The translations under genes and the position numbers were made by a program. The notes below the pieces were generated by a model that was not told the DNA's origin, did not search any database, and worked only from the letters and a program-made list of their open reading frames with translations. From Eledone cirrhosa (taxonomy: Eukaryota), in the NCBI GenBank assembly GCA_964016885.1, contig OZ024742.1:34162001-34226000 (forward strand): a stretch of 64,000 nucleotides of DNA, in the 5' to 3' direction. Every line of letters starts with the position of its first letter. Within the stretch, counting starts at the first letter, position 1. Shown in pieces: positions 1 to 15,559 of this stretch.

Positions 1-1749
1 GCAGCCTGTGTCATACACCCATTCGTGGGAAGCAGCCTGTGTCATAAACCCATTCGTGCGAAGAAGCCTGTGTCATACACCCATTCGTGCGAAGAAGCCT
101 GTGTCATACACCCATTCGTGCGAAGCAGCCTGTGTCATACACCCATTCGTGCGAAGAAGCCTGTGTCATACACCCACTCGTGCGAAGTAGCCTGTGTCAT
201 ACACCCATTCGTGCGAAGCAGCCTGTGCCATACACCCATTCGTGCGAAGCAGCCTGTGCCATACACCCATTCGTGCGAAGCAGCCTGTGTCATACACCCA
301 TTCGTGCGAAGCAGCCTGTGTCATACACCCATTCGTGCGAAGAAGCCTGTGTCATACACCCACTCGTGCGAAGCAGCCTGTGTCATACACCCATTCGTGC
401 GAAGCAGCCTGTGCCATACACCCATTCGTGCGAAGCAGCCTGTGCCATACACCCATTCGTGCGAAGCAGCCTGTGCCATACACCCATTCGTGCGAAGCAG
501 CCTGTGTCATACACCCATTCGTGCGAAGCAGCCTGTGTCATACACCCATTCGTGCGAAGAAGCCTGTGCCATACACCCATTCGTGCGAAGAAGCCTGTGC
601 CATACACCCATTCGTGCGAAGAAGCCTGTGTCATACACCCATTCGTGCGAAGCAGCCTGTGCCATACACCCATTCGTGCGAAGCAGCCTGTGTCATACAC
701 CCATTCGTGCGAAGCAGCCTGTGTCATACACCTATTCGTGGGAAGCAGCCTGTGCCATACACCCATTCGTGCGAAGAAGCCTGTGTCATACACCCATTCG
801 TGCGAAGCAGCCTGTGTCATACACCCATTCGTGCGAAGCAGCCTGTGTCATACACCCATTCGTGCGAAGCAGCCTGTGTCATACACCCATTCGTGCGAAG
901 CAGCCTGTGTCATACACCCATTCGTGCGAAGAAGCCTGTGCCATACACCCATTCGTGCGAAGAAGCCTGTGCCATACACCCATTCGTGCGAAGAAGCCTG
1001 TGTCATACACCCATTCGTGCGAAGCAGCCTGTGCCATACACCCATTCGTGTGAAGCAGCCTGTGTCATACACCCATTCGTGCGAAGCAGCCTGTGTCATA
1101 CACCTATTCGTGGGAAGCAGCCTGTGTCATACACCCATTCGTGCGAAGCAGCCTGTGCCATACACCCATTCGTGCGAAGCAGCCTGTGTCATACACCCAT
1201 TCGTGCGAAGCAGCCTGTGTCATACACCTATTCGTGGGAAGCAGCCTGTGCCATACACCCATTCGTGCGAAGAAGCCTGTGTCATACACCCATTCGTGCG
1301 AAGCAGCCTGTGTCATACACCCATTCGTGCGAAGCAGCCTGTGCCATACACCCATTCGTGCGAAGCAGCCTGTGTCATACACCCATTCGTGCGAAGCAGC
1401 CTGTGTCATACACCCATTCGTGCGAAGCAGCCTGTGTCATACACCTATTCGTGGGAAGCAGCCTGTGTCATACACCCATTCGTGCGAAGCAGCCTGTGTC
1501 ATACACCTATTCGTGGGAAGCAGCCTGTGTCATACACCCATTCGTGCGAAGCAGCCTGTGTCATACCCCCATTCGTGCGAAGCAGCCTGTGTCATACACC
1601 CATTCGTGCGAAGCAGCCTGTGTCATACACCCATTCGTGCGAAGAAGCCTGTGTCATACACCCATTCGTGCGAAGCAGCCTGTGCCATACACCCATTCGT
1701 GCGAAGAAGCCTGTGTCATACACCCATTCGTGCGAAGAAGCCTGTGCCA
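1..1749. repeat. 31-bp tandem repeat (about 56 copies, truncated by window start), consensus GCAGCCTGTGTCATACACCCATTCGTGCGAA
   Basis: Read directly; near-identical units. The 31-nt period gives the same 31-aa peptide in all three + frames. Confidence 0.98.
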
Positions 1750-3184
1750 TTCATCGATTTCACCAGACTGCCGCTGAAAACCTGTTATTCATATTTATAT
1801 TTATACCATTTACCACTTTCCTGTATTTCAAGCACAAAGATACTTCCATATAGTACATATATTACTACATTTGTTCATAGAAGATCAACAAATATTTGTG
1901 TGTATCTTTTAAGTATTAAATTTAGAAATGAAATGAAGAAAAGAAGTTGAGTAAATGTTTGTTTCGTAAGATTGTGCCACTTCGTAAGATTGTGCCACTT
2001 CCACATTCACTCAATCACATTTCAGTAAATAATGGGAAATGCTATAAATATATAGATTAAGTGAAGTATAAATAAATACTAATCAAACAAACTGATTATC
2101 ATAAAATGTAGATCAGTGGGCGAATGTGAACAGCACTTGGTCAGCTGAAGCGACCATTTGTCGTCAGCAGACGATCTCTGCTCAACCTAGGTGGTCCAAG
2201 GAATTGAAAAAGAATTTCCATATTGCAATACTGTATATATAAATATTGATATGAACGACAACAACAGCAACAACAACAATAATGATAAAAATGATAATAA
2301 TAATAATGATAATGATAATGATATTGATGATAATGATGATGATAGTAATAAAAATACATTATAAATTAGAAAATAATTAGTTTGCTATTTGTATATTTGT
2401 GCGTGGCAAATGCAAATAGCACAGCAGTTGGCATGTTCAGAAAAATAAGAAAATTATATTTCCTCGTGGGAGTTTTAAATAATTATTCATAACATCAGAA
2501 AAACAACTACTACAACAACAGCAAGGTAACACAGTTCTTCCTGTCATACTGTGCTATAGAAAGGGACTAACCTTTCCATGAATAGACAGAAGCAGACAAT
2601 CGACGTGGCGGCGTTGTAAAGATATTGTGTTCTTGAATTTAAGGTTTTCCTTTACAATTAACGCTAAACTATATTATTAAGTTGTAAAATAGCAATATAT
2701 GAAGTATAGTAAACTGTAATATTCCATTTAATCATGATTTTATTAACAAAAGGTAGTTGAAATAGCATCAGGATTAAATAAAAGTAAACAACATACAATG
2801 CATATTTAATATAAGCCATGGATGGATCCTCACCGAGGCTGCTTGACCTGATGAAAATCGCAGTCGAATGTCCCTCAAATTTCAGTTATGAAAAGAGAAA
2901 GCGCTCATTGTATGATAATAATCCTAGAGAAGCAAAGCACGAGAAAAAGATGGAATGGGAACGCTAGGAACACTTCTGAACCTGCTCAATCAATGCTGAG
3001 TCAAACCACAATTAGAGTAGAACAGAAAAGGACCAGCTAAAGAAGTTAGCACGATCCCGTGAATATAGAGAGCCTATGTCTCCCTGTTAGAGGCAACGTA
3101 GGAGGCCTTTCGTAAAAAACTCCCTTTTTCTTATATCGTTATATTTTCTGTCTGGTTATGTTACTTGTAATGAGAGCATTTACA

Positions 3185-3563
3185 TGTATATCAAATAAAC
3201 ACGTGTATATCAAATAAACACGTGTATATCAAATAAACACGTGTATATCAAATAAACACGTGTATATCAAATAAACACGTGTATATCAAATAAACACGTG
3301 TATATCAAATAAACACGTGTATATCAAATAAACACGTGTATATCAAATAAACACGTATATATCAAATAAACACGTGTATATCAAATAAACACGTGTATAT
3401 CAAATAAACACGTATATATCAAATAAACACGTGTATATCAAATAAACACGTGTATATCAAATAAGCACGTGTATATCAAATAAAGACGTGTATATCAAAT
3501 AAACACGTGTATATCAAATAAGCACGTGTATATCAAATAAACACGTGTATATCAAATAAGCAC
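3185..3563. repeat. 19-bp tandem repeat (about 20 copies), unit GTGTATATCAAATAAACAC
   Basis: Read directly; unit junctions create ACACGTGT. Confidence 0.97.
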
Positions 3564-3569
3564 ATTCAT

Positions 3570-3730
3570 TGTTTTGCTTGTTTTGGTCATTAAACTGCGG
3601 TATTGCTGGAGTACGGCCTGAACATGATTTAGTCGATCATATCGTTTCAATAACTTATTTTGTTATGTCTAGTTATCTTATATATCTCTTTTCGTTGAAC
3701 CAGTAAATTGTGTGGTACAAACAAATCATA
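3570..3730. mobile_element. Degenerate SINE fragment (octopus-like family)
   Basis: Resembles the motif 'cttgtttcagtcatt.gactgcggccatgctggagcac' that I recall from octopus repeats; related fragment at 17550-17612. Confidence 0.5.
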
Positions 3731-3780
3731 AACGTAAAAACCTCCCATAAAAACACTCACACACGCACGTGCACATACAA

Positions 3781-3799
<19 letters not shown>

Positions 3800-3815
<16 letters not shown>

Positions 3816-4733
3816 AAACTGAGGATGTCTGTCTGTGTGTGTGTGAGTTTGAATCCCTAAAACTCGAGAACCCCCCAACCGACTCTTTTCAAACTTTAGA
3901 CATGTAATACTTATGTTTCAGGGAGTGTTCAGAGCAAAAAAGATTTCAAATTTTCAATGTCCTAGGGACCGCATTAGACAATTTGGCGATCTCTCTCTAT
4001 AATTCTTAGTCTTTCTCTTTTTAGATAGATACATACATATAACTCTCGCGCTTATAATATCTGTCTGTATGTCTGATTGTCTGCATTACGTCACTTCCCT
4101 GAGGATGTGTATGTGTGTATGTGTCTGTGAGTTTGAATCCCTAAACCTCGAGAAGTACCCAACCGACTTTTTCATTATTTTGTATGTGTATGACTTAAGT
4201 TTCAGGGAGTCTTATGCACATACAAAAATGCAACTTTTTGATCCGTTAGGGCCCGCATTAGGTGAAAAACTGCGTTTTTTAAGGTTTTTAGGTTTTCTTT
4301 TAGTCGTTACGTCAGATTGATTTCCTTGAAATTGTAACTATGTATTAGACAGTCTCTTCTTCATACCGTGAGCAAAGAAAATCCAACTTTTTTATGGCCT
4401 AGGGCCCACATTAGGTGAAAAACTTCATTTTTTACAGCTTTTTAGGGGTTTTTTTTTGAGGCTATAAAAATCTATCCGATTTTCCCGAAATTTCAAGGCA
4501 TATTATACACATAAAAAGAATTCATTTTCTTGACCCCCTAGGGCCCGGATTAGGTGAAAACCTGCATTTTTTCTGCTTCATCGAGGAAAATCTTAAAGAT
4601 TATCCAGCCATCAGAGTATTCGGTTTATTTTCTTTACATATTGTCCACGCATGCAGTTTTTCCACGATTATGTCTGTTGACGGTCCGCGTTCCAAAATAC
4701 CTTATTCCGTGCAACGCTGGGTACCACTGCTAG
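3800..4733 (+). mobile_element. Non-autonomous Helitron-like element
   Basis: 3' end CCGTGCAACGCTGGG hairpin followed by CTAG|T at 4730-4733. Internal repeats: 'tagggccc.cattaggtgaaaa' three times and a duplicated 'gtgagtttgaatccctaaa.ctcgagaa' block. 5' end is lost in (TA)n. Confidence 0.7.
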
Positions 4734-4819
4734 TATACATATAAACATAGAGCATATGCTTTCATATATACCCCTATTACGTTTTACTTTACGCTATATA
4801 TACATATATGTATATTATA

Positions 4820-5118
<299 letters not shown>

Positions 5119-5172
5119 CGTTTCTGAATTTGTTTAGCAAGATTCTTTATCTGAAATCGTGTGTTGAAACCG

Positions 5173-5688
5173 ATATTGTTATACTTTGGGAGGCTCATGT
5201 TGCCAATAAGAAACACACGCACCAGTTGCTTTCACTTCAATTTATTATATATTTATAAATTTATAAATTTACAAATCTACAAATCTACAAACTTATAAAT
5301 TTCTGGTTGGTTGGTTGGTTCCACAACCAGATAGTTGTTTATATATATAGTCATAGTCCTTTCGTCACACACTCTGTGACCTCTTCAGTGACTGGGGATT
5401 CCTTTCTTCGTTTCTGTGCCTTTCCTTTCTTCTATCCTACGCCATTTTGTTTCTGTGTGTGTGTTGTGTGCTCAGTTTGCGCATGCGCCACATCCGGGTG
5501 TCTGTGTGTGTTTGTGTTCATTTTTCTATTTTTCTATTTATATCGGATGTGGCGCATGCGCAAACTGAGCACACAAGTTTGTAGATTTGTAGATTTGTAA
5601 ATTTATAAATTTATAAATATATAATAAATTGAAGTGAAAGCAACTGGTGCGTGTGTTTCTTATTGGCAACATGACCCTCCCAAAGTAT

Positions 5689-5696
<8 letters not shown>
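5173..5696. repeat. Fold-back element 1: ~120-bp inverted arms (5173-5294 / 5575-5696) with a nested 33-bp perfect inverted repeat (5464-5496 / 5544-5576)
   Basis: Arms are reverse complements with few differences; (TA)n lies at or near both ends. Confidence 0.92.
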
Positions 5697-5753
<57 letters not shown>

Positions 5754-5925
5754 TACATAAATATATACATATATATACATATATATATACACAGAGATAT
5801 CCACGGTAAGTTGTGGGGTCTATTCTGCATGAAGAACTCAATGCAATCCATATGTTGAAAATGTTGTAGGTTAAGATAAATCCCGGAAAACAATAAAACA
5901 TTAAACGGAAAACAGAGTCATGATA

Positions 5926-7310
<1,385 letters not shown>

Positions 7311-8195
7311 CTAAATAGTGAAATTAATTAAGTCGCATTGCCTTCAAAATATGTGCCAACATTATTAATATTTATTTCTGCAATTTAATAAGGACACGGT
7401 TTGATTGCATACACAGTTTGGAATGAAAATTAACCAAAATTGCTAGAAGATCAATTGGCAAGAGACCAGAATGCAAAACTATAATTATAGAAGCAAGCAG
7501 CTTTCTTAGCCGTTGACCCGGCCAACACCTTGCTTGCCTTTCAATGATTCACAAAGACCTAGCGGAAACTTATGCCTACATGAATGAAAGCTAATGATAG
7601 ATAATTATTTCTATGGTACCATATTACGATAACAAACTTTGCTTTAACTCTCATGATAAAAGATTATCCTTTACTATGAGAGGGTGGTAGTATTTAGAAT
7701 ACTTTCATGATGAATAAAACAGCAGTTGTAATGTGTTTGTTACTGTTGTTGTTTAAAACATGGCGAGCCCTGATTTTACAGTCCTGAAATATTTTCAAAT
7801 TTAGGCACAAAGCCAACAATTTGAGAGAGGTGGAAGGAAGATGATTATCGAAAATCAACAGTACTAGAATAGTGATTTATTTATTGATCCCGGAAGAATG
7901 AAAGGAAAAAGCTGATTTCGGCGAGATTTGAATTCAGAAAGTAAACTGCTCTAACCAAAGGACACAAAGCACTATCGTACCATTTGGATTCAGGTCCAGG
8001 GAGAATGGGTTTACTCAATTGTCTGATTTATAATTCCCTGTCCAAAACTTATATCACAGTAGTAACCTTGACGGTCTGGCTTCTTCCACGCCGTGCCCAC
8101 CACCACCACCACCACCAATAACAACAATAACATCAATAGCAAGGTTATCATTATATTACGACATAAAATATCCCATACAAGTCTTGATCGAAATA

Positions 8196-8380
8196 TAATT
8201 GTTTCTACTTTTGGCACAAGGCCAGCAATTATCCCAATGTATTACTGGTACTTTATTTTATCGAGCCCGTAAGGGTGAAAGGCAAAGTTAACCTCGGCGG
8301 GATTTGAACTCAGACCATAAAAGACCGTAACTCTTTGCTAGAAAGTATGGCGTCCGACCCTCTACTGATACTGCCAATCC
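8196..8380 (-). mobile_element. tRNA-derived SINE
   Basis: Reverse complement of the copies at 52848, 54398 and 63071; A-box-like TGGCAGTA and B-box GAGTTCAAATCCC. Confidence 0.88.
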
Positions 8381-8875
8381 AATAATGCTATTTGGACTCA
8401 GGAAATTGCGGACAAGTTCTCCATTTAGCATCAATAAAAATGCACCGAGAACGAATTCCTACCTATTAATCTGTCAGTATATCTGAACTACGCCCCGCCA
8501 CACACAGTCCCACAAAATAATAACTGATACATAAAAGAAAATTAAATTATTCAATTTTTTATCTAAAGAATTTAAAACAAAAGCAATGTAATGGTTTCCT
8601 TGTTTCTTTGCCCCAAATTAGTCCAGAAATAATTGATGTCTAGTCAAGAATATTTCAACATAAAATACAAATACACATACAACAACACACGTCCAAACTC
8701 ACACACACATACATGTATACATACATGCATACACACACACAAACACACACACACACAGACACACACGCACACATATATACATACATCGATACATACATTC
8801 ATACATACATACATCCATAGATACATACATACATATATATATATATATTTCTGTGCGCATAAGTAACTCATTTTA

Positions 8876-8968
8876 ATATATATATATGAGTTACTTAATG
8901 CATATATATATATGTATATATATATATATGTATATATATGTATATATATATATGTATATATATGTATA

Positions 8969-9033
<65 letters not shown>

Positions 9034-9167
9034 GTATATATATATATATATGTATACGTATATATATATATATATATATTTATATATTATATATACATAT
9101 ATATATACATATATATACATATATATACATATATATATACATATATATATAATATATATAATATTAT

Positions 9168-9239
<72 letters not shown>

Positions 9240-9323
9240 TATACATATATATACATATATATACATATATATACATATATATACATATATATATACATAT
9301 ATATATAATATATATAATATTAT

Positions 9324-9382
<59 letters not shown>
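8876..9382. repeat. Compound (TA)n microsatellite with an internal duplicated variant block
   Basis: Read directly. Confidence 0.93.
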
Positions 9383-9388
<6 letters not shown>

Positions 9389-10195
9389 ATGTGTTTCTGT
9401 GTGTGTGTGAGTGTGTAAGCGTGTGTGTATATTTTTGTACTTTGATATTTGAACAGTGCCAAAGTATTATTTTCTGCCTCCTCTCCTCAAAACAATTTTC
9501 TTTTTCATAAATGGCAAATGAGAGCAATAAAAGACACACAGACATAAAGAAACATATAAAGCAAAATATACTAGACAAACAAGCAAAAATAAGATCGAAC
9601 AAACATACACACACACACATACATATATATTTGCGTAAGTAATGATAACGAAACTTACAAAAGAGTGTACAAATTTGATTCATAAGTTACAACATTAACG
9701 TTACGAAATTTTCAATCGAATTTTGGTATCTTTGCCAAAATACAAAGTGTTCTTATGCCCTGAACTTCGAACGAATGTATTGAACAAGAAATTGGATATT
9801 ATAAAGAGAGAGTGTGTGTATATGTGACCTTCTTTATGTGTGAGGATGTTTTAATGTAATATACGTGTATTCTTTATCTACGTGTATGTGTTTGTGATAT
9901 GGTGAGTGTAAATTTGCGTTATTTTTCCTGTCTTCATTTCTTTCAAACAAATATACATGTATTTGATTAAATATGTTTTTTCCTCCGGTCTATTGAAGTT
10001 GATATAGATCCAAAATAATACAAAAATCTTACAAAATATAAAGTCAGCAATATTCCACTGTTTGGCAGATACTTAGAGAGATGGGATATTGCGTGTTTTT
10101 TTGTTTTGTTTTGATAATGAGTACACACACATCACACACACAAATATATACCTATATATATACTATGTGTGTGTGTGTGTGAGTATATAAATATG

Positions 10196-10275
<80 letters not shown>

Positions 10276-10284
10276 ATATATATG

Positions 10285-10365
<81 letters not shown>

Positions 10366-10402
10366 GGTATATTGGGATTTTAGTCTTCACATTTATTATA
10401 AT

Positions 10403-10436
<34 letters not shown>

Positions 10437-10489
10437 AGAATAGGGTGGGTGTGTAGTAGCTAGCTAAGGTAGTTGTCTACTGGAGGTCT

Positions 10490-10526
<37 letters not shown>

Positions 10527-10837
10527 AAAGTTATATTTAAATTGTTGGGTTACAACTATTAAAATAAGAACACATGTAGACCAAATGGGCATCCTAAACT
10601 TTTTGAAATGATTTTTGCTAGACGCGATTTGATAAATAATTTTTAGCTTTATCTGTTTTCGACTCTGATGCTTATAATGAACTTGGCAATATATTGTCAA
10701 TTAATTTTGAAGGGTTGATCTTTGTGGTTTATTTTTATTATTGTAGTATTTTCTAATATTTTTATTTTTAATATGTAATATTTTTTTGTAATATTTTTTA
10801 TTTTTTTTATTTTTTAGTTTTCTATTTTATTATTATC

Positions 10838-10868
<31 letters not shown>

Positions 10869-12089
10869 TTTTGTTTTTGTTTCTGATATTTTTTATTAAT
10901 ATATTGAAATCTGTTCTCTATTTCTGCTTGATAGATAATCATGTAGAGTAAAGACAAGAATAGTATTGTTAAAATTAATATAGACTCTATATATATGTGT
11001 ATATATATACACATATATGTATACTTAAATTTTTATAGCACAATGAGAATGTTCTCCGTGTGAAATAGGGGTTTGCAGAGTTGATCACGTAAATTCACAT
11101 CGATGTTTGTAGTTATCATATAAACATATGAATTTTTAAAACTAAACATAAGATCATTACTTTTCACACATTATGGATACGTGTCTCATTCAGGAATACT
11201 GATATTTACATTATAGTGCCTGGTTTTTATACGTACTAATACTTCTACATTAAAAGATAGGGTTTTTATGCCTCGCCTATGTCTGGTTACTTTTCATTTT
11301 CCTCTCTATATAACAGCTGGTTTCTCTCCTAACCACATATATCTCCCTTACATTAATACTAGAGCTAAATAAATAAATAAATAAATAAATGTATCATTGA
11401 TACGTTTATTCAACGGATGTCCAATTACCTACTTTTCTCTATATATATCTATCTCTATCTATTTCCTCTCTCTATATATATCTCTCTCTGTTTCTTTACA
11501 TGAAGTTCTTCTCTTTATCTATCTTTCCATCTCTCTATTGTGTTGCATGCATTTCTTCTTTTTCTTCTTTTTCTTCGTTTTCTTTCTTTCTTTTCTTTCT
11601 TTCCTTCTCTCTCTCTTTCTTTCTTTCTGTTTACAATTTTTTCACTGCCAAATCAACTTTTTCAAATACAAGTCGATGTTGAACGGTATGTCAAATCTAT
11701 TTATCTATAAAACTGTCTATATTGTATTTTGTCTGAGGAAGGCATAACATATTGTTAATATGATATCCCTGAAATATATATAATGAAATAAATATGGTTT
11801 TATAAATATAGTTTCCATTTATTTAATATCGTATATATATATATATTTACATATACTTTTATATGCTGACACTATGTTCTGTGCATGTGAATATGTCTAT
11901 ATATAAATGCATAAGATTTTTGATAATATCAGAGAATAACTGAATAAAACAAATAGTGAGAAGGGATAAGAAATGAAAGGAAATGGCGGGGAGGAGGGGG
12001 GTTATATCATAATGGAATAAATATAACAAAAACAAATTGAAAAATATGTAATAAATATGATACAAATACACACCCGCGCACGCAGACAC

Positions 12090-12207
<118 letters not shown>

Positions 12208-13309
12208 TTATATATATAAATGTATTAAATGAGATTTGGTGAAAGATTGAGAAAATGAAATTAAATCATAACAAATGTATATACTAAGCAAAGAATAAAG
12301 ATATAAAATATCAATTTGTTAAATGATTATCATAGCAATAATATACAAATGTAGATTATTAGGGAATACTAGTGTAAGAGAATAATAAAATAAATGGAAG
12401 AATAACGGTATAACGAAAAATAAGTGCAATTTGAATTTTAAAAGTTTTTAATTATAGAAACACATTTATGAGAAGTTTCATATACGTTAGGGTCATCCGG
12501 GCAAAGGGGAAGGGTCTGATGTTAAAAGTCCGAAACACTCAGTGACAACAAAATTAATTCCCTGAAAATGTGATCAGCTATGAGATGAATCATGATCAAA
12601 TGTGAGGATTGTCCTCTAGAAAATATTTACAAGGTCTCTAGATTGGCTAGAAATAGTAGACACATGCTACCCGTACCCCTACCGTAGAGATGTGATTCTC
12701 AAGGCTGACCTACTTGGCTTCCAGGAGAGGAATAAGAGAGGACATAGTAAAGAAAGTTAGTCATGCACGTATCATTTATTGCGCTACCTTAGGTTTCAAG
12801 GCATACGCACGGTAAGCATCTGATAATATACACGACGACCCAGAATACATAAAACAGACCGAGGGTTACTACTTTCCTTCGGGTAAGAATTAGGGGTGAG
12901 ATCCAGTGTGGAAATCGGACATAAACAGAAGAATGTTTTAAACTATAATCAAAAAGAAACGAATCGTGCATATGTTTCAGAAACATAATAATGCGATATG
13001 CTGTAATATTGCATAAGTTTGAATGTGTGCATGTGTTCGATTATTTGCGTGCATGTCAGAACAAATTTAGTGCAGCGCAAAGTGAGGAAAAAGAAAGAAA
13101 AAAACGAAAGGTGTCATGCAATGCAGAGTGTTAATAATGAGAATTATGGTAGATGTAGCACTTCTATTTGTGATGAACGGATATCAGAGCATGGGATTTG
13201 TGTGATGGAAGTAAGACCCTTCGAGATTTAAGCAGGCCTTAACGACCTCGTTCTTTGAGTTCAATTATTTGTTTGATGGTTTCCTCTCTGATGAATCCTG
13301 AATGTTTCC

Positions 13310-13341
13310 CTGATGCAAAGAGAACCTCTCTTTGATACGTT
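13310..13341 (+). ncRNA. Decayed hammerhead ribozyme-like motif
   Basis: CTGATGC-AAAGAGA(acc)TCTCTTT-GATA-CGTT: 7-bp stem II, two core mutations, stem I not evident. Confidence 0.35.
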
Positions 13342-13839
13342 AATGTATGATCAGAGCTCCTTCAGAATTCTCCAATTTATCGTCTTTTATTTACCAGCTG
13401 CATATACATACATACGCCCTCTATATAGATGCACCCAACTATAAGTAAGGTCAGGAAAGAACAGGTCACGAAAGTCTACTAATCCCGTTTGGAATAATAC
13501 AACTATTATTGGTTGAATAGGTTGCTTGTATTAATTTGGCGCATGAATGAACAATTACGAGATGACGATTCAAAATGGGGGTGGAACTGAGGAAACCTAG
13601 GATTGCGAATGTAAGAATGCGACCTGGGTCTCTGACAACCACCCCCTTAAAATCATAGAGAAGGACATGTTTGATACAGTGCGGTATGCGCTATGCCTCA
13701 AAAAGACTCTGATCATGGCTGAATTTCATATTTCTATATGACTGCTTTATCAAAAATATTTTGGATGTTAAACAATAACAACATACGAATGGCATTCATT
13801 GATTAATAAAGCCTGTTCAATATACAGTTTATTTTACTT

Positions 13840-13901
<62 letters not shown>

Positions 13902-14136
13902 CAAACCGACTAATAATAAAACCGAGGTAGGCTAAAGGATATACTGTTGCTGTTGTTACTTTTTGTTGTTGTTTTATGAAGATTTCTTAATACCAGAAAT
14001 CGCTGACGTGATATTTAAATATGAATGTTATCTATAGTTTAGTAACTCTGGAAACTTCCATATAAAACAGTAGCATGAATAATGTATATACACAATATCT
14101 CTTAAGATATCCTTTTAGTATGTGTCTGGGAATTTT

Positions 14137-14137
<1 letters not shown>

Positions 14138-14198
<61 letters not shown>
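14138..14198. repeat. (ATC)n microsatellite
   Basis: Read directly. Confidence 0.97.
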
Positions 14199-14199
<1 letters not shown>

Positions 14200-14439
14200 T
14201 AGTAGTAGTATACTAGAAATCATTATTATCCTTATTAGTAGTAGTATTAGTATTATTATTTAAAACAACTCAAGGGAAGGGAAATAGATTACTTTCTTCC
14301 AATAGAAAAGAAAACTTCTAAATATTGAAAATAGCATTCTTAGAATTACTAAATAGATAATGTATTGTTGCTAAATTTGTCAGCTTTTTACGATTTGAGG
14401 TTTTCTTTTCGGATAGAAAAATACCGTATGAGAATGTAT

Positions 14440-14510
14440 ATTATTATTCGTCCTGTACCGTCTTTATTATCCTCTTAATGTAATCCATGTGTGGCTAATA
14501 AAGAAACCAT
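14440..14510 (+). mobile_element. Solo 3' end of the L1/Tx1-like LINE family
   Basis: 'tgtggctaataaagaaac' is identical to the 3' terminus of the copy ending at 20350. Confidence 0.5.
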
Positions 14511-14590
14511 TATGAATTTGATATCTCAGTCATTGATGTTATTTAACCGGAAAAATTGCCCCAATGAAAATTAAGCCGCTACCTCCAGTC

Positions 14591-14980
14591 TCAGATATTC
14601 ATGACGTATCGGAAGGCCTTTGCTGTTCCCAGTAGGCATGCCATTTGAAGTGTTCACAAAAAGTTGGTTGGGCTGCTAGTCTTTAGCCAGCCTTGAGAAC
14701 TCTTCGATATAGTACTTAGTTTTTCTATGACAATGTTGACGACCTTGATCTCATGACTGTCCGAAAACCTTTTCGGTTCCCGCTTTAGATCTTGGTACCT
14801 TCATGTACCTTTGTGTCAAAAGGGCAATCTGAATCTATAATCAAGGAAAATCCTTTTACCTTGTCAGAAACCACTAAGCCAGGCCTATTATATTCTTTAT
14901 CTGTTTATATATTGAAATCCCTCAAGACCTTCCCGTGATCGTTTTCTATCACCGACCCTGGGTTATGATCATACCACCTC
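14591..14980 (-). pseudogene. 3' fragment of R4/Dong-like non-LTR retrotransposon (restriction-like endonuclease domain)
   Basis: Manual minus-strand translation gives WYDHNP..IEN..GKVL.DFNI.TDK..NRP.LVV.DK....IID..CP and a C-terminal LQMACLLGTAKAFRYVMNI*; frameshifted. Confidence 0.75.
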
Positions 14981-14985
14981 TAAGA

Positions 14986-15305
14986 GTATTATTATTATTT
15001 GAAACTTCCTTTGAATTCTGCTTCTTTCCCATATCATGACATGTGTCAGCCTGACACCTGGGACAATATCTTGTAATACACACATTTTACAATCAATTGT
15101 CATACAAATGATACCATAAGAGCATAAACAACAGTAAATGCCTTTGCAAGGTATTTAAATTGATAATGTTCTTCTCATGAAACGGACAGTGTCAGTCTGC
15201 ACAATTTTCTGTATCCCTTGTAGATATGGCTTTCCAGGTATCTGGTTCAAATAGTTTTCAGTTCCCTTTTTTTTTATCATTCCAAGTGCACCGACTATAA
15301 TAGTC
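14986..15305 (-). pseudogene. Second R4/Dong-like LINE C-terminal fragment with 3' UTR and short (TAA)n tail
   Basis: IIVGALGMIKK.GTENYLNQIPGKPYLQGIQKIVQTDTVRFMRRTLSI* (ORF 15155-15361) matches the typical RLE-LINE C-terminus. Confidence 0.72.
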
Positions 15306-15365
15306 GCACAGAAACACACATAATCATAACAGCCAATGTTTGTAGCCAATTTGTTATACATATAT

Positions 15366-15559
15366 ACACACAGGTGTAGCGAATGTTAAATGCTGCTTTC
15401 TGTAGTTTGTCACCACCACCATTCTTCCTCAGTCGACGTCATCACCCCTTCCTTCCCCAATCAATGTCACCACCATCTTCCTTCCTCAGTCGACGTCATC
15501 ACCCCTTCCTTCCCCAATCAATGTCACCACCACCTTCCTTCCTCAGTCGACGTCATCAC
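15366..15559. repeat. Dispersed repeat carrying a 57-bp tandem unit (about 2.6 copies); second locus at 27494-27618
   Basis: Unit starts at 15408, 15465 and 15522. Both loci share the leader 'acacacag.tgtagcgaatgttaaat.ctgctttctgtagtttgtcaccacc'. Confidence 0.9.

Noticed and set aside
1-1950. Long Cys/His-rich ORFs (up to 588 aa), or a CRISPR-like array
   Set aside because: They are a product of a stop-free 31-bp repeat, giving the same peptide in all three frames; there are no unique spacers and no cas genes.
2082-2190. Possible minus-strand exon (VEQRSSADDKWSLQLTKCC...)
   Set aside because: Plausible acceptor, but no recognisable protein similarity and no partner exons.
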